A DNA stretch of 19,818 bases from Thermoplasmata archaeon (GTDB lineage Archaea; Thermoplasmatota; Thermoplasmata; GCA-020350865): positions 1,165,177-1,184,994 of the forward strand of contig CP070751.1 of the NCBI GenBank assembly GCA_020348445.1, written 5' to 3'. Shown piece after piece: positions 1-8,218 of this stretch. Position numbers and translations under genes: made by a program. How positions within the stretch are numbered: the stretch's first letter is position 1; each line of letters begins with the position of its first letter. The notes beneath the pieces were generated by a model. The model was given only the letters and a program-made list of their open reading frames with translations, ran no database searches and was not told the DNA's origin.

Positions 1-3000
1 TCATCCTCTTCCTCATCCTCTTCGTCTTCCTCCTCTTCCTCATCATCGTCTTCTTCTTTCATGTTCTTCATGTTCTTTAAGGGGTAATTACCTTCAAGAA
101 GTGAATGTAGCTTTAGCTCAATATCAGGAAGATCAGCTATATCACCACTCCATTCCTCCACCTCACCCTCGTAATGCTCCTCCACATCCTCTACAAACAT
201 CTTCATTTTCCTGTAAAATGGCTTGGAGAATAGACCTGCCAAAAAGGCTGCGAGAATGATATGATCTCCTCTGTATATCAACACCGTCTTATCGCCGTAA
301 TCCAATCGCTTTAAATGCTCCTCCTCCTCTCCTCCAAAAGAATCCCTGATAAATTCCTGGACGGCAACGAACATACCTGCCAAAATATCCTCGTCTCTGT
401 CATCCCCCTTCTCATAGTCCCTTGTGGTTCCCGCATGCTCGATGAGAAGGCCCGATTTGGTAATAAGGAACAGGTCCTCTACAGTGTAGATTCCCCTTCT
501 GAGGATAATAAAGGCGATGATAATTGCTGCAAGGATAATGGGCAGTATGATCCAAAGCCAAAGCCCCTCCTCAGTTGTGGGAGCCTCCGGTGATTTCAAA
601 ATGATATCTATTTTTGTTGTGGTGTTTGATTCTCCGTCGCTTACCGTGATCCATATCGTATCTCTCGACATATTCTCAGGGTAGTTGAAGATGAGCACAT
701 GACCCACAACCTTCACATAGCTTCCGTTTACAGTTATTGTCAGATTTGCCAGGTCGGTGTCGATGTCGTAAATGTAATCTGAAAGGTCCAATATCCACTC
801 CTGGCCCTTTATCCCTTCTTGCTGAGGTATCTCCCTGATCTGCGGCGGGTCATTTTCTGGAAAGACGGTAACTAGGATACTGTCCTCTATAAATGCTCCG
901 TCATCATCAGTTGCCCTTAAGGTAATAAACTCGGTTCCGAACCAGTTCGCAGGTGGTATAAGATCAACTGTATTATCTGCGTTTATCCTAACCGTAATAA
1001 TTGAGCTGGTAGAAGAATAAGTAATTGATACACCATCCCAGTCTCTGAAATATTCGTCCAAATCGAATGCACCTGTCAGATTTTTATCCTCAAACATCAC
1101 CTGATCATCCAATGTTTTCATAAGTTCAGGGGGATAGTTATCGCTTACATGCACCGAGGTAATCTGAAATTTAGAAAAGATACCGTCTGAAACATAGACC
1201 GTCAAAAGAACTTCATATGGAAAATTCTGTTCTCCCCATTTTTCTGGGTAACATAGGGTGATTAAAGTTCCATTCACAGTTACATTGTCCGGATTGGAGG
1301 TGGTGATTACAAGGTCTTCGATTTTATTGTCAGTATCAGATATGTACGGCCTTAGGTCAAAGGTAAAGTTGCTGTTGAAATGGATCTTAAAGAGGGGAAG
1401 TGGTTTTATCACGGGCGGATCGTTTACTGGCGTAACCGTCACAGTTATGGTCTGCTCCACAATGGCACCAGCCGAATCCTTTGCCCTGAATGTAACCCTC
1501 TCCACACCACTCCATTCCCCTTTGGCAGAGAAATCCACGGTATGGTCGGGATTTATTGTGATGTTGATTTTCGTGGCTGTGTGGGTGAATTCGAGGCCAT
1601 CGCCATCCTGGTCTATGATGTATTCATCCAAGTCGAACTCAGCATATAGAGTTTGGTTCTCTTCTAAAGTCACATCAGGTATCGTTTTTACCAATTCAGG
1701 TGGATAATCTGAGGTGACTTTAATCCTTATTAGTTTGCTGTCGCTGGCTAGTCCGTCAGATAATGTGAGAGTTACATAATCTGTTTCTCCAAGCAAATCT
1801 TGCGGGTATATGTAGGTCACAATAAAACCAGAAACTGAGGTGTAGGAGATTTCATCGCTTGTGAGAACGAGATCTGAGAGAGGATTATCTATATCAAAGA
1901 TATAGGGGGAATAGTCAAAAGAATAAGGGGAATCATAGTGCACAATTAGTTCATCTGGGCAATCAAGGATCTTTGGGGCGTCGTTATCAGGGCTAACGTT
2001 TATCCATGCTTTCTGAAAAGCATGATTTCCATCCGGATCCTCGAGCCAATAAGTAACTTCCATGTTGCCGTACATATCATTTTTAGATGCAAAGTGGATG
2101 ATGTGGTTTCCTGCCTGGTTCTCTCCACCAATGGAAATAATAGAGTTGTTTACCCCTGTAAGGAACCATTTTAGCTCATCTAACGAATCCTGGGGATCGC
2201 TTGCATACCCGGTAAGAACGAGCTGGTAAAGACCGAAATCCTCAAGCAGGGGAATATTTGGAATGATTCCATCTATCTTGGGACTCTGCGAGGTGATTAC
2301 CTCGTAGGTGGCAGAGTAGTTCAAAAGGTCAAGAGTAATGAATATGATTCCTTGACCAAGGCCTATCGCTGAGAAGTTGGTACTTGTCCCTATTGAGGAT
2401 GGGGGGCTTATACTGCCTGCAGCGATATTAGTGTTGAACCAATTAACTTCCACATCCCAAAGATATTCAAATGTATTATTGTATCCTGCAGCGTAAAATT
2501 TGTCAACTTCGCCAAGGTTGTATGTCAAACTACTTAATACTACGCCCTCTCCATCAGGTTCCGAACGTATCCGAATATAATCAACTGTGGGAGGATGCGG
2601 TGTCAGGTTGAAAGAATTTACTTCAGATTGATTTTCAAATCCATTAATATCGATTACATAAATTGTGAAGTTGTACTGCCCAGGTTCATTAAAAGCAGCG
2701 ATATAATACCATCCATCATTACCTGCGTAATTCATGCTCTCATTTACCCAACCACCATCAGTTAGGCTGATGTTGATTGATACACCATCAATGCCTATGT
2801 TGTCAGTTATGTTAGCTGAGATATTTACTTGGTGACCGATTTCCTGTGATGGGGGATTTGCAGAAATATCGGCAATCTCTGGGATATCATCATCGGTAAC
2901 ATCGAGGGTTTGCTCGCCTGTTTCATTCCAGTTGCTATTGTAGTCAGTGGCACTTATGTTATAATGCAAGATAAGTGAATTTGAGGGGATGATTATCGTA

Positions 3001-6000
3001 TAATTATAATTTCCACTGCCAAGGTCGGTCATGGTTACATTCTGGGGCATGGTGTCCCCGCTTGTTGATTCAAACCAATAATAAATATGAAGTTCTTCAA
3101 CCCAATGATTATCTGTCGCATTGGCTGTAACGATAAATGGTTCACCTGTCATGGGTATTCCATTGGTAGTATCATTTAAATTTGGTTCATCGTTATCCCA
3201 TATCTCCCACATATCCTCACCTGTTTCATTCCAAAGATCGTTTGTATCATTTACACTGATGTTAAAATGTATGTCGAAAGCATCAATTGGTACATCGATC
3301 AGAATACTGAAATTTCCATTGCCAAGATTGGTCATAGTTAAATTTTGAGGTGGTGTGTCCCCGCTTCCTGTTTCGAACCAGAAGTAGAGATGTGGATCGT
3401 TGAATCCGATGTTATCAGTTATGTAAGCTGTTAGGTTGAAGGGATCACCTGTCTTTGGGAGGTCGGTGGTGGTATGGGTGATAGTGGGTAAATCGTTATC
3501 TCTAACATCCATTGATATAATCCCTGTTTCATTCCAGTTTCCACTTGTATCCTTGGCAGAGATATTGAAATGTAATGTCGTTGCATTAATTGGTATGTTG
3601 ATATCTTTGATATATCCCGGGTCCATTGTTACATTGTAGGGACCGTCAGTTCCAACTAAAAGATCGAACCAATAGTACAAATGCACCGAATCCACCAGAA
3701 TATTGTCTGTGACTTGAGCAGTGATACTGAAAGTATCTCCTGTAGTCGGTGTACCAATTGTTGTATTCAATACCTTAGGTTTTGTTATATCAATTGTCCT
3801 GGCTATGGCCTTTACCGAATCAGTTTTGGGTGTATCATTTTGGGAGCTCACATATATTTCAACCCATGACTCATCGCCATTCACAGCTATGATGGGTGCG
3901 GATATATTCAAGGTTAGGTTCATTTGCTCTCCTTTGGCCAGGCTGATGGCTTCACCATCTGTGATCCTTGCCCAGGTGCTATTTTCTCTCAGTTCCCATG
4001 ACCAATTAAAGAGCATATTTGAAGCGATATTGAATTGAATTGTATCGTCCAGTTCCCCATCATTCTGTAATACTATCCACCAGGAAGTGTTAGTTCCAGG
4101 ATCCAGGTAGGATAAATTCACTTGAGCTCCGCTTGGAACATCCTGGTACAGATCATTATCGCTGCCGTTGATCAATAAATCTGGCTGATGATATAGATGA
4201 ATCACATATATCTTGCCTGAATCTGTGGCTCCATCATCAAAATAAGGAGAGCCCACTATTATTTCCTCGTATCCCAGAGAGTCATCATCTACATTACCGG
4301 CCCATGAGACTGACCAGCCAAAGCTGTCATCGATGTTTTCTCCTATCAAAGTGAAATTGCTTTCAAAAGCTGTTATTATGGGATTCATCGAAGGACCACC
4401 AAAGAATACAAAGATGGAGCCATTGTCCAATGCTCCTGGTGCTCCAACTACAACATCATGATATCCATCTTTACTGAAATTCCCGGCCCATGAAACTGAG
4501 TAGCCGAATTTATCACCCATGGTATCTCCAATCAATGTATTGTTCGCTGTGTCTCCATTTGTTAGATCTATGTATCTGTCAAGAGCACTCTCAGATGTCA
4601 GATAAATTCCCTGGAAAATATATGCTGTGCCTTGGCCACTGTTGTTTTGTGGTGCGCCGATGATGATATCATCATAATTATCGAGATTTAAATCTCCGGC
4701 CCATGACACAGACCATCCAAAGTTCTCCCCAGAAGTGCCGTTGATAACAAGATCAGCATGGCTCAACTCTATTGTTACATCATTTAAAGTTGGAGTAGAT
4801 GAAATATTGGTAGTCTCGAACCAGGCCTGGTACTGGATCCATCTGTTATCTGGGCTTGTAATTCTATCACCATTGACAGACCAGTTGGACCATGATGACC
4901 AGTTTAAACCGTTGTAGGATGTTCTGGTTCTTATTTGTAAGGTGGTTCCTATTGGGATATCTGCGGTCCACCAAATTCTGCCCCAGGGAGCAATAATCTT
5001 AGCATCGTATTGTGATGAGACAAAATAACCTGAGGTGTCTGTGTATGCGAGGTCGAAGCGCGATGCATTTCCCCAGGTCGAATTCATATCAACATTCATA
5101 GCATTTATCCATTCAGTTCCATTCCATAATACAACACCAATATCATTCACGTCTGGTCCACCATCAAACACGATATATAACATCATTATCTCATCAGACT
5201 GGGTATCACTTTTTAGAGTAATCCAGCTTGGATCACCGGTTCCAAAAGGGTTTGCATCCAAAGTAGATTGTCCAATGGAGTCGATAATGGTTCCTGATAC
5301 ATTTTTATACATTGGAGCATCGTTACCCTCAGCATATACGATTAATCCTTCTCTATCGCTTCTAGACTCCCAAGCTACATCAAAACAAGCTGTTGCATCG
5401 TCCTTAGCATTTGTTGTAATCCCATCAATTACTCCCCATGATGTCCCATCCCAGATATTTGCATTGATTTCGGTAAACGAATCCAATACCGCTCCTAATA
5501 TATAATTTGTATTTGGTTCTGAGGCTATTTTAATATAATGAGGGGTTCCAGAGGTCCCACCCCACCACTCAATTGGATCTGACCAATCCCCTTTCCATCT
5601 TGTTGATCTGAGGTTATCTGTACCATCAGCCCAAGCGATAAAACCATATTCACTTTGTGATTCATAGACTGCATCGAAACACTGGTAGCTAGTAATAGAG
5701 GCAGTGGATTCTAATAACTTAGAATTACCCCACATATTTGCATCTCCATCCCAAACTTGAGCCCATATGCCATTGGTGGAATTTAATGTTACCATAAGTA
5801 TCTCATTAGAATTTGGAGCGGAGGTTAATACAATCCAGTTAATGTCATCAGTTCCAATTTTTGATGTGTTCATTTCATTGGTCCAAGAAGTTCCATTCCA
5901 TATCCTGTATTTTGGAAATTTATCCCCGCTTGATTTATTATAATAAGTAATCATTGCATCCCCAGATATAACTTCATAAGCCACATCAAAACACCTTAAA

Positions 6001-7217
6001 TTTGATGTGATATTTAAATCATTTAGATTTAAAATTGGACTCCATAAAAATCCATTATACACTTGGACGTTTAAATCGTTCCCATTATCTGAAATTGCGA
6101 GTATTTTCTCATTTTTCCTAACGGAACCCGATTCCATTATAAACCATTGATTTTCGTCAGAACCAAAGCTACCAGCATTACTCCAGGAATTCCATTCTGT
6201 CTGATTCCAAGTTCTTATTCTTGGAGTATTTGTTGCAGAGCCGTTATAATACGTCATCATCGCCTTAATTCCATTGAAGCTCTCAAGCTTAACCTCGCCT
6301 GTGCTTGTTAAATTCATATGCACTTTTTCCTTTCCAGAATTAAAATCAGCCTCTGAGGTCTGTACCCATGCATTCATCGGATTTCCACCAAAGTAAATAT
6401 AAGCCTTATCAGCACCCGGAGCCCCAACAACAACATCATCAAAGTTATCGTCGTTCACATCCCCCGCACCCGCCACCGAAAATCCGAATCTGTCACCAAT
6501 ATCCTCCCCAAAAAACGTCACATTTGCATCTGAAACATCAATCTGAGTGCTCATTGCGTCGCTTCCGAAAAAGATATGCGCAGAGCCTGTATGGCTATTG
6601 TTTCCGAAAGCACCGACTATGATATCATCAAAATTGTCATTGTTAACATTACCTGCAGAAGAAACAGAAAATCCAAACTGATCTCCGCTACTTTCCCCAA
6701 TCAAAATCACATCAGCATCATTCGCATTCATGTAACGAGGAGGGGAATTTCCCCCATGGAAAATGTACGCCACCCCAGCACCACTGTTATTTCCAGGTGC
6801 ACCAATTATCACATCATCGAAGTTGTCATTGTTCACATTACCTGCATCTGAGACATCCCATCCGAAAAGGTCTCCCGAGATACTGCCGTTTATTGTGACA
6901 TTTGCAGAATCTGCTGAAAGCGAACCATTGAACCAAGGTCCTCCAAAGAAGATGTACGCTTTACCGGTATTACCGTTTACGCCAGGTGCGCCAACAATGA
7001 TATCATCATAACCATCCCAGTTAAAATCCCCTATACCCGAGACATTATGTCCAAATTGGTCATTTGGGCTATTCCCATTTACAGTGGCGAAAATACTATC
7101 AGTGCCGGACCCTGAGGGAATTGAAAAAAGACAAGAAAGTAGCAATAATAGGAACACGAAAATTGAAATTGGACCGTACTTTATGTTGGTATCATCCCTA
7201 GGTCTCACTTTTGGCAT
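1..7217 (-). CDS. Giant single-pass surface protein (>=2405 aa, 3' end beyond window): FG-GAP propeller, nested propeller insert, Ig/cadherin-like stalk, TM, cytoplasmic domain, acidic tail
   Basis: Hand translation from ATG 7217 (alternative GTG 7208, better spaced from the AGGAGG at 7219-7224) gives MPKVRPRDDTNIKYGPISIFVFLLLLLSCLFSIPSGSG (signal peptide). Seven FG-GAP motifs follow, e.g. FGHNVSGIGDFNWDGYDDIIVGAPG. TM helix LWLWIILPIILAAIIIAFIIL at 563-501. The same frame reads EEDDDEEEEEDEEDEEED at the window edge. No stop was found in the many segments translated, and the ORF track lists no terminated minus-strand ORF here, consistent with one frame open to the edge. Confidence 0.93.
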   Translation of the reverse strand, partial: MPKVRPRDDTNIKYGPISIFVFLLLLLSCLFSIPSGSGTDSIFATVNGNSPNDQFGHNVSGIGDFNWDGYDDIIVGAPGVNGNTGKAYIFFGGPWFNGSLSADSANVTINGSISGDLFGWDVSDAGNVNNDNFDDVIIGAPGNNSGAGVAYIFHGGNSPPRYMNANDADVILIGESSGDQFGFSVSSAGNVNNDNFDDIIVGAFGNNSHTGSAHIFFGSDAMSTQIDVSDANVTFFGEDIGDRFGFSVAGAGDVNDDNFDDVVVGAPGADKAYIYFGGNPMNAWVQTSEADFNSGKEKVHMNLTSTGEVKLESFNGIKAMMTYYNGSATNTPRIRTWNQTEWNSWSNAGSFGSDENQWFIMESGSVRKNEKILAISDNGNDLNVQVYNGFLWSPILNLNDLNITSNLRCFDVAYEVISGDAMITYYNKSSGDKFPKYRIWNGTSWTNEMNTSKIGTDDINWIVLTSAPNSNEILMVTLNSTNGIWAQVWDGDANMWGNSKLLESTASITSYQCFDAVYESQSEYGFIAWADGTDNLRSTRWKGDWSDPIEWWGGTSGTPHYIKIASEPNTNYILGAVLDSFTEINANIWDGTSWGVIDGITTNAKDDATACFDVAWESRSDREGLIVYAEGNDAPMYKNVSGTIIDSIGQSTLDANPFGTGDPSWITLKSDTQSDEIMMLYIVFDGGPDVNDIGVVLWNGTEWINAMNVDMNSTWGNASRFDLAYTDTSGYFVSSQYDAKIIAPWGRIWWTADIPIGTTLQIRTRTSYNGLNWSSWSNWSVNGDRITSPDNRWIQYQAWFETTNISSTPTLNDVTIELSHADLVINGTSGENFGWSVSWAGDLNLDNYDDIIIGAPQNNSGQGTAYIFQGIYLTSESALDRYIDLTNGDTANNTLIGDTMGDKFGYSVSWAGNFSKDGYHDVVVGAPGALDNGSIFVFFGGPSMNPIITAFESNFTLIGENIDDSFGWSVSWAGNVDDDSLGYEEIIVGSPYFDDGATDSGKIYVIHLYHQPDLLINGSDNDLYQDVPSGAQVNLSYLDPGTNTSWWIVLQNDGELDDTIQFNIASNMLFNWSWELRENSTWARITDGEAISLAKGEQMNLTLNISAPIIAVNGDESWVEIYVSSQNDTPKTDSVKAIARTIDITKPKVLNTTIGTPTTGDTFSITAQVTDNILVDSVHLYYWFDLLVGTDGPYNVTMDPGYIKDINIPINATTLHFNISAKDTSGNWNETGIISMDVRDNDLPTITHTTTDLPKTGDPFNLTAYITDNIGFNDPHLYFWFETGSGDTPPQNLTMTNLGNGNFSILIDVPIDAFDIHFNISVNDTNDLWNETGEDMWEIWDNDEPNLNDTTNGIPMTGEPFIVTANATDNHWVEELHIYYWFESTSGDTMPQNVTMTDLGSGNYNYTIIIPSNSLILHYNISATDYNSNWNETGEQTLDVTDDDIPEIADISANPPSQEIGHQVNISANITDNIGIDGVSINISLTDGGWVNESMNYAGNDGWYYIAAFNEPGQYNFTIYVIDINGFENQSEVNSFNLTPHPPTVDYIRIRSEPDGEGVVLSSLTYNLGEVDKFYAAGYNNTFEYLWDVEVNWFNTNIAAGSISPPSSIGTSTNFSAIGLGQGIIFITLDLLNYSATYEVITSQSPKIDGIIPNIPLLEDFGLYQLVLTGYASDPQDSLDELKWFLTGVNNSIISIGGENQAGNHIIHFASKNDMYGNMEVTYWLEDPDGNHAFQKAWINVSPDNDAPKILDCPDELIVHYDSPYSFDYSPYIFDIDNPLSDLVLTSDEISYTSVSGFIVTYIYPQDLLGETDYVTLTLSDGLASDSKLIRIKVTSDYPPELVKTIPDVTLEENQTLYAEFDLDEYIIDQDGDGLEFTHTATKINITINPDHTVDFSAKGEWSGVERVTFRAKDSAGAIVEQTITVTVTPVNDPPVIKPLPLFKIHFNSNFTFDLRPYISDTDNKIEDLVITTSNPDNVTVNGTLITLCYPEKWGEQNFPYEVLLTVYVSDGIFSKFQITSVHVSDNYPPELMKTLDDQVMFEDKNLTGAFDLDEYFRDWDGVSITYSSTSSIITVRINADNTVDLIPPANWFGTEFITLRATDDDGAFIEDSILVTVFPENDPPQIREIPQQEGIKGQEWILDLSDYIYDIDTDLANLTITVNGSYVKVVGHVLIFNYPENMSRDTIWITVSDGESNTTTKIDIILKSPEAPTTEEGLWLWIILPIILAAIIIAFIILRRGIYTVEDLFLITKSGLLIEHAGTTRDYEKGDDRDEDILAGMFVAVQEFIRDSFGGEEEEHLKRLDYGDKTVLIYRGDHIILAAFLAGLFSKPFYRKMKMFVEDVEEHYEGEVEEWSGDIADLPDIELKLHSLLEGNYPLKNMKNMKEEDDDEEEEEDEEDEEED
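600..1990 (-). repeat. Five alternating cadherin/Ig-like modules (NDxP-type and YPPEL-type)
   Basis: NDAP ~1985, DYPPEL ~1710, NDPP ~1424, NYPPEL ~1140, NDPP ~854 (561-570 nt period). FDLDEY..D.DG occurs in both YPPEL modules. Confidence 0.7.
2885..3790 (-). repeat. Three tandem 101-aa Ig-like stalk repeats
   Basis: The 14-mer CCTGTTTCATTCCA (encoding WNETG on the minus strand) occurs at 3523, 3220 and 2917, an exact 303-nt period. Shared motifs: P.TG..F..TA..TDN, Y.WF, HxNIS. Confidence 0.85.
4200..7055 (-). repeat. Seven FG-GAP (integrin-alpha beta-propeller) repeats in a 4+3 arrangement
   Basis: FG motifs start at 7055, 6866, 6677, 6488 (exact 189-nt period), then 4721, 4508, 4322. Each has FG.sVs.aGd.n.D.ydD.ivGAP...G.ayif.G with a DxNxDx-type Ca-binding loop. 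Confidence 0.9.
5043..6270 (-). repeat. Four ~100-aa Trp-rich repeats (CFDVAYE-type), probable second beta-propeller
   Basis: CFDVAYE 5993-5973, CFDAVYE 5681-5661, CFDVAWE 5387-5367, RFDLAY 5060-5043. Each unit has two W(N/D)G.xW-type turns. Confidence 0.7.
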
Positions 7218-7297
7218 CCCTCCTAGTATAAATCTCGTTCAATTTACTCAGCTGTCCTGATTAAGTCCAATGAATTCTAGTAATCATAATACGTTGG

Positions 7298-7314
7298 TAT
7301 AAATATATTTTTCG
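7298..7314 (-). promoter_or_regulatory. Putative BRE-TATA promoter of the giant surface protein gene
   Basis: Minus strand CGAAAAATATATTTATA, about 80 nt upstream of the start. Confidence 0.5.
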
Positions 7315-7391
7315 TAAAGATATAGTATTTATTGTTAAATATTTGTACAAGGATATTTCAAAGTGCCCTCTTAAAAGTCATAAGAACTTTT

Positions 7392-8126
7392 TTAGCATTT
7401 TTCCTTTTCCAACTTCATCAATATAGGAATCTGCCCGATTTTTTCTTTGCTAAGATCCTCCCATAAAATACCCTCAGGCTTCGGCTTTTTACGGGCTTTT
7501 GTGATACCCTCAGGTGTAACCAGAATATCCAAGGGCACATCATGTGGAGTCATGGGAATCTCTTCATCAACCAATTGAAGGGAATGCACTGTGGTAATTA
7601 CAGGTGTATCTTCATCCACTATATCAAATTCCCTAGCTAGTGCATACTCCAAATCTGAAAAACCTCCACCTTTTCCAACCCTGCTTCCAGAGGCATTGAC
7701 AGCCACTGAGCCTGCAATTACAATATCAACCTTCTTCATATGCTCAGGTCCAACCTTTTTTCCGTATTTGAATGCACCTTTTATTGTAGCACCTCGCACA
7801 GGAGGACCAATTATGCGGTTTTTATGGAGTTCAATAAAACAGCGCTCTTCCCTAAGGCGAGGCACAGCCATATAAATGGTCTTCCCTTCAGCCAGGGCAT
7901 TTTCACGAACTGGCTTTTGAGGGCTGTCAGGATTGCATCTTAATACGTTAATAGATGGCCATATATCTACATCCCTTAACATCTTGGCTGCCTTTTCAGC
8001 TCCTTCAAAATTTGGTATTCTTCCATGGGGAGGAAGTGGAAAGCGAGCCACATCTTTCTCCAAAAGAAGGTCCCAGATTCTGTTTCTTATGGCGTCTTTT
8101 TTGATGGTGATTGAGTCCTTGGCCAT
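7392..8126 (-). CDS. 5-formyltetrahydrofolate cyclo-ligase family protein (MTHFSD/COG0212-like subtype)
   Basis: Motifs RIPNFEGAEKAA, CNPDSPQ, AVPRLR, GSVAV...RVGKGGGFSDLEY and HDVPLD. Confidence 0.88.
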   Translation of the reverse strand: MAKDSITIKKDAIRNRIWDLLLEKDVARFPLPPHGRIPNFEGAEKAAKMLRDVDIWPSINVLRCNPDSPQKPVRENALAEGKTIYMAVPRLREERCFIELHKNRIIGPPVRGATIKGAFKYGKKVGPEHMKKVDIVIAGSVAVNASGSRVGKGGGFSDLEYALAREFDIVDEDTPVITTVHSLQLVDEEIPMTPHDVPLDILVTPEGITKARKKPKPEGILWEDLSKEKIGQIPILMKLEKEKC

Positions 8127-8148
8127 GGTTCTTTAATAGGGATGCCTG

Positions 8149-8196
8149 TATTAACTTTTTCACATAGCAACCCCCTCTAAGGTAAATCTTATTATA
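8149..8196. promoter_or_regulatory. Back-to-back TATA boxes of divergent, probably leaderless promoters
   Basis: Minus strand GAAAAAGTTAATA (8161-8149) is ~23 nt before ATG 8126. Plus strand TTATTATA (8189-8196) is ~22 nt before ATG 8219. Confidence 0.45.
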
Positions 8197-8218
8197 TCTC
8201 TTCAATATCCCCCCTGAT

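Noticed and set aside
315-7011. Plus-strand ORFs in the track (315-593, 1258-1707, 3721-4038, 5035-5505, 6368-7011 and others)
   Set aside because: They are antisense shadows of the giant minus-strand gene, with no recognisable motifs of their own.
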